Shown here: positions 1-16,478 of the stretch, in pieces | Layout: each line of letters starts with the position of its first letter | Position numbering within the stretch: the stretch's first letter is position 1 | The notes under the pieces: generated by a model | Told to the model about the DNA's origin: nothing | Databases searched by the model: none | The model's input: only the letters and a program-made list of their open reading frames with translations | NCBI GenBank assembly: GCA_040954595.2 | Contig: CM082586.2 | Coordinates: 2,051,124-2,115,123 of the forward strand | DNA length: 64,000 nucleotides | Source: Balanoglossus misakiensis | Lineage: Eukaryota; Animalia; Hemichordata | Reading direction: 5' to 3' | Program-made: the position numbers and the translations under genes

Positions 1-3000
1 GAGAAAGGGGCCCATCTCAGTCCTGTATGACGTCAGAGTAAATCTTGAAGACTGTGGTCACAATTGCTGTTTTCTCAAAGATTACTTCACGACAAGATGG
101 CGTTGATTAGCCTCGTTTTGAAAAGTCCGCATATTGTGTAGAGATTGTCCCTCGACTGTTTGAACAAAACTTTCCCCGTGCTAAGACGCTGTGATTCCGT
201 GAGAGTTATGGCAGTAACGAGATTAAATACGGTAGAAAATTGTAATTGAAGCTTCTGAAAGGTAGGCGAGTTGCCTTTTTCGCCGTTTGAACCCCCCACT
301 TGTTTGCTGACGAGGTGGCGGTAATGAGCCTATACGAGACAGGTGTGAAAGTAATTGAACTATAGGTCATGTGTGCTACTGTCACAGGCTGCGCGGGAAA
401 TCATCAAATTATATCGAAATTATCGTCATCATTATTTCCTGTAACCACCTACCGGAAGGCAGAGTTTATTTAATGACCGAATCATGAATCGCGTCGCGCG
501 AACGTAAATTCAGTTTCCAGGCAACGTCTGGCGTGTTTTGATCCGTGAAAATCCAATACTCATAACGATTGAATTATTTTAAATACCCAGACTACGAGGA
601 TTTTATATTCCAATAAAACAAAACTGATTATGAATGCAGATCATGTATTTATTATTTGATGCCACGGAATTTAAAATCGTTATTAATTCCCCCTAAAATA
701 TAGTCGTTATAGAATTCGTATGAATCAACGGCCCCCGACAAGGAAAGTGCAGAAATGCAGAAATAGGGAGAAAAGGGCACATAGAGAGATAGACAGAGAG
801 ACGGCGTGTGATTGGAGGACAAATGTTTAGTTGTTAGATCTCATTGCATGAGACGTGTTGTCGATAACGGGCTTTGTCGCAGAATAGAATCTGTTCTCGA
901 CTATCCTGCACGCAGATGTGAACGTCAAACAAGATTATGATTCATTTCGGATGAGATTGAAACTGCGCCAGTCAAGAAAAGGGACAGCTCGGTCACGCTT
1001 CCCGTAATTAATAATTAAGAAAATGACTTTAATGTTGAAGAACTGTGATCTGTTGTTCTGATTTCACGACTGGAAGTCAAGATAGATGGAACGTTCCGAC
1101 GACCTGATTTGCTTCAATGTACGGAAGTAATTTGCATGGCTACAGAAACTAGCAGGTGCAAACTACTGCGTTCATTGAAACGGGAATTGTAGTTTGTCAG
1201 ATTTTCTGTTGTGCGCAGTTTCTGATTTGATGAGTAGTTAGTCTCTGTGGGACCAAATACCAATTACTGATAGTTGAAAATACTTTAAATAATTCGCTGT
1301 TAGCTTGGAGAGTCACGGTAAAATCTTCAATGACATGTTTAACTTCTACTTTCAGATCGAGAGCACTGTTATGATTTCTGGAGTCGGTCTGAGAAATTAT
1401 CACTCAGCAAGTTGGCGCCGTACAACGAGATGGCTGCGTAATTAGGAGATTCAACGTAAACGGGTATGGGACGCAAACTAGAGGTGTCGTTATCCACGAT
1501 GTTTAACTTACGATAAAAGCAACTTACAGTGCTAGTGGCGATCAAAGTGGACATACATTAACTATGACAGGTATCCGGCAAAACACTTTCGATATATCAT
1601 TTGCGGGCGGGAAATTTCTGACGCCTTTCAAATCAATCGAGTTATTGGCGACATGAATCTATCACCGCAAGACGTTAATTAATTGCCATGTACCGTCTTC
1701 CGAAGTATCACAATATCTCATTGAAGCGGTCTTCTTTTCTCTTTTTGTTCACTTTTGGCGTATCCTTTGAAATGAGAAATACCGGTCTCTCTCCTGTAAT
1801 CCGATTCAAAGCACCGAACGGACAAGAACATATAATTATTTCATGCTCTTGGAAATACCATTTGTCATGATTCATTTGAATACTGATAAGTGTGGGCGAA
1901 TTCTCCCGAGATCTTGACTACCTCAATGATATGTGTATTGAGATTGAGAGGGTGAGAGAGAGGGGGAGGGAGAGAGGGGAGAAGGGAGGGGGAAGGAGGG
2001 GAACAGACAGAATTCTAAGGCTATGTTTAATGACCAATCTAGCTGCCAATTACAATATAAATACAAATTTCACTGCTATCAATAAATTATGCGCATTGAT
2101 ATGAATAATTTAACTTAAATATTATGTTTTTAAATATGATCATGGCCACCCCTTTACAAATCTAAAAAGCACCCACATGCGACCAAAAAAGAAAATATGG
2201 ACAAAAATTGCTCCAAGCCCAAACCAAACCAAGTACACGACTTATTTTTATAAAGACAGACGGCACTTCATCTGTGACGTAGAGATGCGCGAAACCTTTC
2301 CTAAAAGCCCTCGACGTCATTTCAAGCGAATATCGCTTCGGGGAGAGGCTAGTCAAGATGTATTACTAATAGATATCTCTAACTCACTTCTCCGAAATGA
2401 GCTCAAAAGTGGACGTTGTCTAGTGGAGTCTGACTCCATGGTTAATTTGACGACGAAACGATTCAGAGAGCTGAGTCTTTAGCGAGCCGAAAAACCACGT
2501 AGTGTTTTACACCACTTCCCGAATAAATCGTTTCGTTCCGAGGACATTTTATCAAGCTTTTAGGGTTAAACTGCAATGATTTTTATAGTGTCGCTCAGTG
2601 GGTGCGGACGTGAGAAATACCTGGCAGGAGTGAAACACGACAGTTGAAACACTGTAAAGTTCGGACATCCAGAATAAATACCACCTTTGTAAGTACACAA
2701 TAATCTTTAAAGAGCACAGTCGTTTGTGGGAAACATTTAAACATAACTCAAACATTTAAAGGGACAGTAACTATAATACAACTATTTAAGATTCCAGTTC
2801 CTGAACACAGGAAATTCTTCATCATTTGTGCTTTACAGTCTCCCAAATGCAAATTTAGCCACGCTGAACATGACAAATTGAGTTCCAGCCAATGTTTCAA
2901 TAAATGATAACTTGCTTTCTACCGCAATGCCGACACTTGCACATCTACAGTTTGAAAATATTTTTTTTTCTCATAGATAAAATTTAAAAGAAAAAACAAT

Positions 3001-4424
3001 ATTCAAAGCTTACCTTTGTGGTAATTTATTCTACTAGAATCCCCGGCCGCAAAAACGTTCGGTAAGGCCCGGTTTTGGTCACGATAAAAATCCGGTAACT
3101 TCGCGCTGTGATTTTCAGGAGAATGTGAACATTCAACTAAACGATACAAGCTACACTCTGTCTTGCTTCAGCTAGAGTCTCTCTGCGCATGCTCTACACG
3201 CTTCGAATTTATCAGCTTGGCTTGCAACGAGCGCAGGGATTACAGCCGGTCTTACCAAATCAATACTTCTCGGGCTTAAAATCCTATTTCAATGCCTTCC
3301 TTGTTAATACTCGTAGCGTAATTACCTTTCCTGTAGTCAAGGTGACTCGCTTTTTCATCATCTAGATTCATGAATGAAATGGCAGACGATATGATGATAG
3401 GCACAAAACTTAATTAAATTAATTATTCATTGAAGAGATATCATCACATTCGGTCAAAGAAGCCAAATAATAATATCGATGATATAAATATATAATAATA
3501 TATAATTTATATTGACATAACAATATTATTTCCATTTGCGTAATGTACACCGGTCGGGCAACCCACGATTTGAGTATTTTTGCCAAGTCGGACGGACTAG
3601 GAGGGCCCGATCCATAAGATCTTCTAGACTACGTCAACGTGGACTAAAGCGTGTATCAATCTCACAACTCACAAAGAAGACTTGGTTTTCACACTGAAAT
3701 GTGTGAAAACGTAGAAGAGGTTTTTAAAATGTCAAAGTAGGGCTGGAGGGCGCTGGTTTGTTGACTTTAAAAGGGTTTTGCTGTAAATCCCTGTCAGACG
3801 GTGACACCTCTCGGAGACACTGTGCTGTGAATCAAGTCAAATATGACGCAAGTGTTTCAGTTGAACACGAGAATTACACGTGAATTCTCTGGGGACCAAT
3901 CACAGGCTTTCCATTTGTATCACGTGTCTCCGTAACCGTAACTATAGTTTCTGACAAAATAGGGAAGACAGTTTCAATTGACTCTTTTCGTTTAAAGCAA
4001 GACTGTGTTAGTTATACGTACCACAGCAAATTTGCCCCTACTGCACCCCTAGAAAACCCAAACATATTTTTTTAAACAAGAGTGCGTCATTTTGATACGA
4101 CTTATTTATACCTGCGGGTAATTGGTATGACATCATGACATGTCAGAGGTCATGCGATATTTAGAGGGCATCAATGAAATGCAGGTACTTTATATTCCTA
4201 TAGCTGCACGATGTAACTGAAACGAGTACAGAAAGCAACGACAATGATGGTATGTTTGTCACGTTCACGTGTGGCTCGCTGACGTGACGATTTGAACGTC
4301 CCGACTTCAACTGTTCTTCAAGCTTATGTATACCTGGACTGGGAATCCCAGCGTGTTTGCTCCGTTTGACGCTAGTACCGAGTCGATATTTTAGTAAAAT
4401 AGTAAATCGCCGACGTTTTGGTAA

Positions 4425-6712
4425 ATGGCTGGCGACGTGGAAACAGAAACCACGCCACTTAAAGAGGTAAGCCAATCACGGATGTTTTTGCTCTAACATT
4501 TACGCCCTCAATCTCAAAGCTTTCGCACAATGTATACTTATGAGTGTGCACAATTTTTAGTTGTATGAACATTCTTTGATTGGAAGCTCAAAGTACTGTT
4601 TCCTGTAAAGAGCGGAGTTTGCCAATATCATGATTAGACAGCTTTTCGATAGTGTAGCTCAAACGCAATAGTACCAGCGATTTTGTGACGAATCCCGTCG
4701 ATTGTCCATGACCACACGCTGTTTCGAGGTCAGAAGGTTAGTGAACAGTGAATTCGAATGATTTCACAGGTGTCTCATTAAATTTTCCTGGAAATGACGT
4801 TGTTTAGAAACTGGATAAGATACCAAGGTAAAATCAGTCATTCCCTTAGAGACTTTGTCGATATGTTTGTCCGAATTCATCAAATGACATTAATTATAGC
4901 ATCATTATGACCCGTACCAGTATATAACGTTTGGCAAGCGGGTGAAAGGTCATCAAAAATGACCAGTGAATATGCATGTGTGTAAAGTGATACACAAATC
5001 AACACCTTTCAAATTAAAATAAGCCAGTTGCTTCATCATGTTACACCTGGCACGAATTCTTCTGGTAACGATTCTTGTTTCCCGTTTACGTAACACAGGG
5101 AGATGGCGAACGGAAATCAGGGCATTACTCCACTGCAGTCGGGATGGTCTTGAGCTCTCTGGGCTGTGTGGTGGGCACTGGCAATATCTGGAGATTTCCT
5201 CGTGTGGTAGCCACCAATAGTGGTGAAAATGGTAAGATGTAGCGCTATATACAGTCTGCACGTTACTGCCTGTGTTTTGCAATCTTTAAATTCACTAAAA
5301 CGACTTTCTCTTTCACAGGATCTCTTCAGTTTCTTCTTGTGTGGTTTTCTTTTACATTTCTTTGGTCCATACCGATGGTGTTGATAGAGTATCCGATTGG
5401 TCGATACTACAAAACGCTTGTCAATGGATTCAGGTCGCTCATTGGTCCAACAAATTTATGGTGTGCTGGTTGGTTGATTCTCTCCTCCACTTTCATAACG
5501 TGAGTAGATAAAGATTTTAGATATACATGTAGTGGGTTGGGGAAAGTTGAGACTTAAACTTGGCTGAATGACTATCTCGTTCACAGACAATCCAAAACTT
5601 TTGTGGACATCATTATTCCATGTTGTTGTTGACATTATTGTTGTTTTGTAGGTGTTACTATGCCGTACTTGTTGGCTGGTGCCTCTACTACACTTTTTAC
5701 TTCATGATTAACCCTCTGCCTTTGACGGAATTTGAGAGCAGGCAAACTTTCTTCATCTTCACGGAAGTAAGACATAGAAACATTATTCCGCATGCTTCTT
5801 CTGTTTGGTACTTTTCATCATGATTAGGTGACGAGTGTGATGAAGCGCTTCCAATTTATGACTCTCCCAACCAACCAACCAACCAACCAACCAACCAACC
5901 AACCAACCAACCATCCGACGAACCGACCGACCGACCAACCAACCAACCAACCAACCAATCAATCAATCTACTTACCGACCGACCGACCAATCAATCGAAA
6001 TATATATATTTTTCTCGGGCATAAATATTATTATATTTCAGGAAACATACTGGCCAATTGTTCTCGATTTCTTGGTGATTGTCTTTGCTGGAGTTTGTGT
6101 ACTGATGTCAGTTCGAGGAATTGAAATAATCAACAATATCATGGTGCCGGTGCTGTTTATCCTTGTCATAGGAACCTTCGTTTGGTCCATGACAGTGGAT
6201 CACGCGGTCGAGGGTTTGAAGTTTCTGTTTTCGCCGGATTGGGGCAAGTATGACTGGCGACATGGCGATAATAACAGCGCCGTCTTTTCTTTGCTTTTTA
6301 TCAGACCATTCTCCGTGAATACAAGCCCATCTAAAATGTGCACACTTGAATTTCGGGTTTTACACGATTGTAGACATCCATTGTTTCACAACATCAAAAG
6401 TCACTTGGTTTCAACTTGTACTTGACAGATTTATTGCTGAGTCCATCCACTTGGCTGGAAGCGATCAGTCAGAATGCCTGGGATGTGGGGGCCGGTCAGG
6501 GAGTGTTTGTCGGCTACGGTGCCTACTTGACTATGGCGAACGGAGTTGTTAGGCTTGGAACGTTGATACCCCTCTCAGACAATCTGGTCAGGTCAGTCAG
6601 ATCTTTTTTGCGACTTCGACTATTCATGGTTTTATCATTATTACTGCTGATCATACTTCTGGGGTGAATGATGGGATGATAGTGGTACCGTTGGTAGTGG
6701 TGCTGCTGCTAC

Positions 6713-6777
<65 letters not shown>

Positions 6778-9162
6778 ATGATGAAGACGACGATTAAGAT
6801 GATGATAACGATGATGATGATGACGACGATGATGATGATGTAGGCTACCTGCTTAAAGCCCTAATATTATACACGCCTGATTCTACCTGATTCTTCTCTT
6901 TCAGTTTGTTCTGCGCGATGACGACGTTCGCCACTGTGTTCGGTATAGGGATAAACGAAGGTCGCACTAAAACAGAGATTGTGGCTCTGCTGAAGACCAA
7001 CGGGCCTGGAAATACAGGCTTAACATTCATATGGTACATGTACTTACTAGTAGAAACATCTGAATATCATAATATACTCTTCAGACAAAAAGTGAGGCAA
7101 TCCTACAAAGATTGTTAGACAGGACACATTATCGCGGAAGGCCCAATTCTTATTATTTTTGAATTATGGTAATACATGTAAATGCGTATATTCTTCATCC
7201 AGTTTTCTATAATGTATTTCTCAGGGTCCCGATTCTCTATTCGACAACCTCGTTCGGAAGATTTCTAGCGATCGTATTTTTCTTCGCCTTGTTTTTCGCC
7301 GGTTTTACTTCACTGATAGCGATGATCGAACTTCCTGTCCAAACAATCGAAGGTTTCGGCGGTAAGTCATACATGTACTACAGTCCCTCCACACACGGTC
7401 GGGAAACGGGCATTGTCTAAACGTGTTAAACGGAGTGTGCCCCTAAGTAATAGAGTCCTACCTTCCCCTCTCTTGATTTTACAGTTAGAAGAAGGATATC
7501 AGTTCCTGTTTGCCTGGTTCTAATTTTCCTGTTTAGTTGCCCATCCTCCCTGAACATCAGTTTCTTGGTAAACCAGGTATGTATCTATCTTTATGATTAT
7601 TTCAAGTTACAAATGTATATGATAGGGTACAGATCTCAAATTTCCATGGTAACTGTGGCTAATTTTGCATGGGTGACTTAATACATTTAATATAATAAAC
7701 GACTGCGCCCTATTCTTTGTTTCAGGACTACGTTTGGGGATACGCCTTGCTCCTGGCTGGGATTCTTCTGCAGTATTTAGTCATACGTTATGGAACGGCC
7801 AAGTTCAGATCCTCACTCGTCAATGACTGTACCACTTCAACGGACTGGACTCTGCCAAAAGTGTGGGAATGGATGGTCAAGTGAGTGGTAGAGTTCAAAG
7901 TGCAAAGGTTACATTTCCCTGAATTGGAAGCTTCATGTACGATAGAATAGCTTTTGCACTGCCCGGTTTACCTCAAACTCTTCCTTGTCATTTTCTGAAT
8001 AGATTCGTGGCGCCAGCCGAGGCGACCATCTTGTTAGTATGGTTTGCCGTGTTCAGCGTGATGACCGAAGGCGACTGGTACACCGTTGGCATGGAGACGC
8101 TTATGTCGTGTATATTGCAGGTAAGTTGTACGAAAATCGAGTGAAAGGACTCTCCTACAAGCATTTTGATCATGCGATCACAATTTCATATGTCTCCGAG
8201 CATGCTACACGCGATTTGTAGACGTCAGCATCCATCGACCTTTAATATGCTAATTTTGCCACGTGCAAGGCATTGCCCACATACGGGGCATTGTCAAGAT
8301 ATCACCCTCCACCAGAGCAAATGACGGCCCAGGGACCCTCCATAATAGAAGGTACGTGGACGAACAAGCGAACAATTTAAGACAGGGCATGGTTACAATT
8401 TAATATTCCCCAGAATAAGATGGTGTAATGAATGGTGACCCCGATTGGCTTTGGTCCTACTCTTGCCATGAATGTGCAGAGAGATGCCATCTTGTTCTGA
8501 GGAGTATTGAAATGGTAATCATGAACATTGTCAGTGACATTGATTGGAGTTGGTTGTAAGCTTACTTGTTGACTAAGTCTTCGGCCGTCACGTTAGAGTC
8601 CCACAAATTGTCCCCGAGAAGTTCTCCAAAATCCTGGAACAACCCGTCATCCTCGTCATCCTCTCCATGTAGTCTGTTCCACTTCTTCACGCGTTTTGGG
8701 CAATGAAGATGTCGTTGTCGTCTGACACGATGCTTTCACCGTGAAAGTGGAGACACGAATGAAGTGGCGCATGCAAATATGTTGAAGCACCTGGTGAAAT
8801 GATACACGTGGTCACTCTCGACCAATGGAAATCCCTATACGTTTTTGGCTGACAGGAAACCAGTGTGTGCTTCGTGATTGTGTTGTTGTTGTGCTGCGAG
8901 CCGGATACTGCTCTCGTACCGCGGAAACGTTTAGATATTGGGTTCCATGATGCCATCGTGTCGTTCAGCATCTCGACGATTGTCCCCACTCTTGTACTGT
9001 CCTAATATGTCCGCGTTTAAATTTACTATTTTTCAGTGGAGTTTACTTTTTCTTGGCGTCATCGTGGCAAACGCCATATATTACTACGGATATCTACGCA
9101 AGCAAGATGGATACCGTGACTTAAATGGACAAGAAATGGCCAACTTGACACACGACCCTTAG
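4425..9162 (+). CDS. Na+-dependent NSS/SLC6-family transporter, prokaryote-like (LeuT/YocR type), ~12 exons
   Basis: Exon 4425-4466 ([14 protein letters not shown]|gtaag) joins 5099-5231, which encodes the TM1 motif [13 protein letters not shown]. Later exons encode [32 protein letters not shown] and [13 protein letters not shown]. Last exon ends at TAG 9162. Confidence 0.88.
5867..5995. repeat. (CCAA)n/(CCGA)n microsatellite
   Basis: Direct tetranucleotide repeats in a transporter intron. Confidence 0.95.
6713..6840. repeat. (GAT)n microsatellite
   Basis: Long GAT run, intronic. Confidence 0.95.
8388..8523. mobile_element. Small inverted-repeat (MITE-like) element
   Basis: catggttacaatttaatattccccagaataagatgg pairs imperfectly with ccatcttgttctgaggagtattgaaatggtaatcatg (~36 bp arms). 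Confidence 0.55.
8600..8835 (-). repeat. Dispersed repeat copy A (inverted copy at 56623-56867)
   Basis: ~240 bp near-identical in reverse complement, e.g. ccattggtcgagagtgaccacgtgtatcatttcaccaggtgc. Confidence 0.9.
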
Positions 9163-9787
9163 CTGAATGGAAAACAAAATTATCCAGCCACTGTAAACTG
9201 GTTGATATGGTCCTTGGCCTGCAGGTGACTTCGAACATTATTAAATATGACAGTTATTACTTTTTATTGTTAGGGATTTGACTTTTTACGATTTTAAAGA
9301 TATGTAATTGAAATAAAATAGTGAAATGTCTTGTAAATAAAAAAAGTGGTCTACTTGTGATCATTTCATTTTTAGCTGCACTGATGTGAACACTGATATC
9401 AGGCTCACTGCATGATACAAAGAGGTCACAATGACCTTGTCACTGCCAGTGTAGTTACACACTAAGGTCAGACATCTCGACTGACAGGGGGAAAGAAAAA
9501 AAACTTCAAACTTGGGAAAGAACTAATTCACCAAGCACACAGCAACTACTACGGATACAAAAAAATACAGACAGTATCTCAGGCACAGCAAAGTTTTATT
9601 TTCAAATTCACCCATAGAGGGCTCCAACCACATACAACAACTCTCCCAGTGATGGTAAGAATTGGTATACAGAGTTTTTGGAACTTTTGGATTTGATCAA
9701 CTGCAGTTCTTGTCAGCATTTTTGCCTGTTTTTTTTTCAATTCATGGGAATTCCAGTTATCGTAAGCGATGAATGATGTGATACTTC

Positions 9788-12282
<2,495 letters not shown>

Positions 12283-12828
12283 CTTGATTAGTGACCAAGG
12301 ATTTCTTGTTTAAAGACCAATCTAGAAATGAAAAGAAACACGTGTCTGGTAAGTATGATTGCAACCCGGATTGCAACTAATTGTGAAAGAAACGTACCTT
12401 GGCCATTATTGATCCATTATGGAAATAGGGATGGCAAATTATTTAGACACGTTCACCTGTACATAATTTTGTTGAGTTCCCATAAGAAGTCACTTAAGTT
12501 AATAATCGCATTTTTCAATAGCCGCATATGGATTTCCTGCATAGCCGAAAAATAAGACCAAGGCGCAAGAGGCCATACAAGTCCGTTTGACCCACGTGCG
12601 TATGGGATATGGACATAGGCTTGTACTGTTTCGTGTCAGCCATTTTGTACAGTATTGTTGTGAAAAAGCGCAAAATTTACGAACTTTGTCCGTTATTTTG
12701 CTTATCTTATATATTCTACACAAAGTTTAAATAGTCATTTCGGCTTGTACTAGTAGCTGGCTACCCAACAAGACAAAAAAATAGCCTAAATTAGCTTTTA
12801 TTGAAGAGCTCCCAAACGTGGACCTCAC

Positions 12829-12854
12829 CTAATAAACCAAGCGTGGAAATAGAG
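12829..12854 (-). promoter_or_regulatory. RPLP0 non-coding first exon with 5'TOP/TCT-like start
   Basis: CTCTATTTCC pyrimidine-rich start followed by the donor tag|gtgag, typical of ribosomal protein genes. Confidence 0.65.
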
Positions 12855-13758
12855 ACCGGGTCACGTGATCAATTTCGCAATTTCCCGTCATGCCTGTGTC
12901 ATTCCCAGAACTTAGTCGGTAGAGGGCGCCTGTCGATGCCCAGCTGACTGCATCCGGGGAATGTGCCCGTAATTTGTCGCAAAATTGCAAAGAAAAATTG
13001 CACAAAAATGATGATCTGGTGGTACTTAATACCACTAAATTTGTCTATTGACCCTAGACTAAGGTATATGATTTACCCAAGCGATGTTGTTCTTGTTTTA
13101 CTATCCAAACCAAAGAAAAATTCAAATACATGTACTCAGTTTTGTGGGGATGAATGTGGCTTGAAACAATCTTGAGGTAACGAGCATTGCCTTCTTAAAA
13201 GTCTGCTGAATGGATGAAATAACTTTAACGCAAAGAGATTAAGTAAAACTGGCGCAGATTATAATGCAATTGAATGCTGGTGCCATGCAAGTGAGCGGCC
13301 CCGTGCCTGAAATTTTACCAGTCCCTTACGCGTGACCTTTCACCTTTGTATTTACACGACTTGTACAACGGTACGCCCAGAGATCCATGTATGATATGCA
13401 GTTAAACTTAAAACTACTGAGTACACGAATAGCATAATATCGAGATCGAGATACGACTGTACTTTGTAATGTTACACAACGTATACGATAAGCACGTAGA
13501 CAGTTCCCGACCAAGATCCACGTAAGATACGAATTGCTCTCGTATTATTCGCGGAAGTGAAGCAAAAACGTAGAAGTCGACGTTAATAATCGCAAGCACG
13601 AACGAAGGAGATCCGAGCTAAAGGTAAATGACTGTAAAGTCTTCATTTTCACTGTGTTTTTAAAGTTGGGGTAACCCATTTGATATTGGGGGAGGGGGGG
13701 GGGGCTGGAGGAATCCTTACTTACTAGTCTATAAGTATTACCTTTTGTACAGGTAATC

Positions 13759-15891
13759 ATGTCAAATGAAGACAAAGCCAGGGTTTGTATAATAACTGGT
13801 GCTAATTCCGGCATCGGTCTTGAAGCAGCCAAACTGATATCTGAGAAGGGCTATGAAGTCATACTAGCTTGTCGAAGTGAGGCCCGGGGCAAGGAAGCAG
13901 AAAACGACATCAAAAAACTGAACCCAAGTGCAAAAGTACAGTTCATGAAGGTAAGAGATAATTTTTAACACCCCAGGGGCTGGCTGATATGGGCTCTTGT
14001 TACTTAATATAAAGGGGATTTTAGGAACACTGGCCAAACAAGCTGTTCACACAGTGTCCATGAATTATATATTTTTGAATTGTATGGAGAACCCAACAAC
14101 ACATTGCATGATAATAATGATGCAGATAACACCTGTTTCAAATCACGGTTATAGTATAATTGTGAAGAGGTGAAAATTGGTCAATATTACTGTCAGATTT
14201 GCGTGTGAGCATTTTCTGTCAGAGGTCACCAGAGCTTTTAGTGAGTTCAAACACAGACAAACAAACAGGCACCTTTTGTAAGATAGAGTGTTTTGTTTAC
14301 CGAGGTCTCCATTGTTGTGTCAATGCGTCCATTAACATATGTTGAGTAACAGTACCACTGCAACATTCACAGAAATAAATATCTTCAAACATTACTCTGT
14401 TTTCTCCAAAGCAAATTCAAAATCAAAAGCGGTCCACCTATCAGTTAGATTTATACATATTTATTTTCACTCTCGCAGCTTGACCTAGCGTCCTTGGCGT
14501 CTGTTCGTAACTTTGTAGACGAGTTCCATGCCACAGGGAAACCGCTGCACGTTCTGTGCAACAATGCAGGATTGGACATGGGCTATCATGGCTATCAGGA
14601 GACGGAAGATGGATTTGAAATGACCTTCGGCATCAATCATCTTGGTGGGTGTATGCAAAAGTGATTGATTCTTTCTAAATCAGAGTGTGTAGGTTTCTAT
14701 GTATAGCGCTTTGAAAATTGTGCACACTGATTCAGTATTGGCATACTGTTACCCCCATGGACTTTACCAAGAAAGTTTACATTTCGTTCACAGGTCACTT
14801 CCTACTGACTCATTTACTGTTGGAAGACTTGAAGAAAACAGCAGCGACGAGTGAAGATGTCAGGATTGTAGTAACGGCATCACAAGTGCATGACCCAGAG
14901 GCTCCTGGTGGAAATCGTGGTACGTGATGCTGTGCTATGTCCATTTCAATGTAGAATGCTGTTCAGTGAAACATTCTCGATCAGTGATCATTACAACTTT
15001 TTGCAAATTTACAACTTCTGAATCTTCTAAAGGGAGGCAGTTTTTCCGAACTTAATAAAATCATCAAATGATAATTTCTTTCAGGTCCATCTGCTCACAT
15101 TAACTTTGACAGTGTCATGGAAACGGATTCAAAATCCTATGACCACTTCCTTGCGTACAGGAACTCCAAACTCGCAAACGTCTTGTTCACGTACGAACTG
15201 TCGAGACGTCTTGAAGGCAGTGGGATCACAGCAAACTGTCTTTGCCCAGGTGAGAGTCAAGGTGGTTTCGTTTTTGTCCCAGGTGTACCAAAAACACCTG
15301 GTGTGAGAAGCAACTCTCTGTTGTTGACTGCAAAGGGGATTCTAGATATTCCTTTGTAATATTTTCACCATTCTTTTCTTGCAGGATTTATACCCGAATC
15401 TGGCTTTTTACGCAACACTGGCATGTTTATGAAACTCACAATTAGCTTGATGAAGCCAATTTTGAGATGGAAGGGGTTTGTCAGGACTGTGCAAGAGGGA
15501 GGAAATACACTTACCATGGTAGCCACAGCTGACAATTTAAAAGGTACCACAACTCAGCGTATAAAGTCATTTGGATGCACAAAATATATGTGAGAGAGAG
15601 GAGGAGAGAGAGACGGAGAGAGACAGAGGCAGAGAGGGGATAGCGACAGAGAGGGGGAGAGAGCAAGAGAGAGAGAGCCGTCCGATTAAAACAGATATTT
15701 AAAACGAATCCACAACCACTTTTTCAACTCAAATTTCCCTTTCAGGTGTAAGTGGGAAGTTCTTCACCAAAAACGAGGAAACACCCAGCTCCAAGGAATC
15801 ACATGACAAAGACGTCGCAGAAAAACTCTGGAAAGTTAGCGAAGATTTTGTTAAGTTGGAGGACCAATTCAAAATTCCTGTGAAGATGTAG
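13759..15891 (+). CDS. Short-chain dehydrogenase/reductase, retinol dehydrogenase 11/12/14-like, 6 exons
   Basis: ITGANSGIG, LDLASLASV, CNNAG, FGINHLGHFLLT, YRNSKLAN (YxxxK), CLCPG. Exons 13759-13950, 14479-14644, 14794-14919, 15085-15249, 15385-15543, 15746-15891. Confidence 0.93.
15592..15677. repeat. GA-rich low-complexity repeat
   Basis: Imperfect (GA)n in SDR intron. Confidence 0.8.
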
Positions 15892-16478
15892 TCTGTTCGC
15901 TCTCTTTTTGCTGAAAATGATATTTCTAGAAACCCACAATATCCGATTCTGTTCCCTATTAAACTAACTACATCAGCATATAACTCATATACTCAGTTTG
16001 TTGCGTGATTTGATGGGGGTACTGACCTTGTGTTCGATGGAAAAGGTGACAGTGTCACACCTTAAGAACACAGAACTGTCAAACACAAACAAACCATCAA
16101 TGAATGTGTCCATTAGGCACAAGTGTTAACGGTACAGACGTGTTTCAAAAGTGCACCATGTGTTCCAAATAATCTGAAAGATGGGTCATGCATCTTTAGT
16201 CGCCAAATGTCGGCGCAAAAACTAGCATACAATAGTTTGGCAACGACACTTCCTGCTGGTCGGCCTTCGGGGTGAACTTTGCATTGTATGACCGTAGATT
16301 AAGTGCCCTGTACACGAAGTTGTGATACTGGAAGCACCAGACAGCTGTGCTACTCGTTATTGGCCGAACTATGGGTGTATAAGGTGCAGTTTACGGGTGT
16401 GCCTTGATTTTCTTTCAATAAACGTTCACTTCACTCTGTGGACTTAACTCGTACATTAGTGATAATTTGAAGGTTGTC

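Noticed and set aside
1-4400. Short ORFs in the first 4.4 kb
   Set aside because: No recognisable motifs or spliceable exon chain; probably intergenic or decayed repeats
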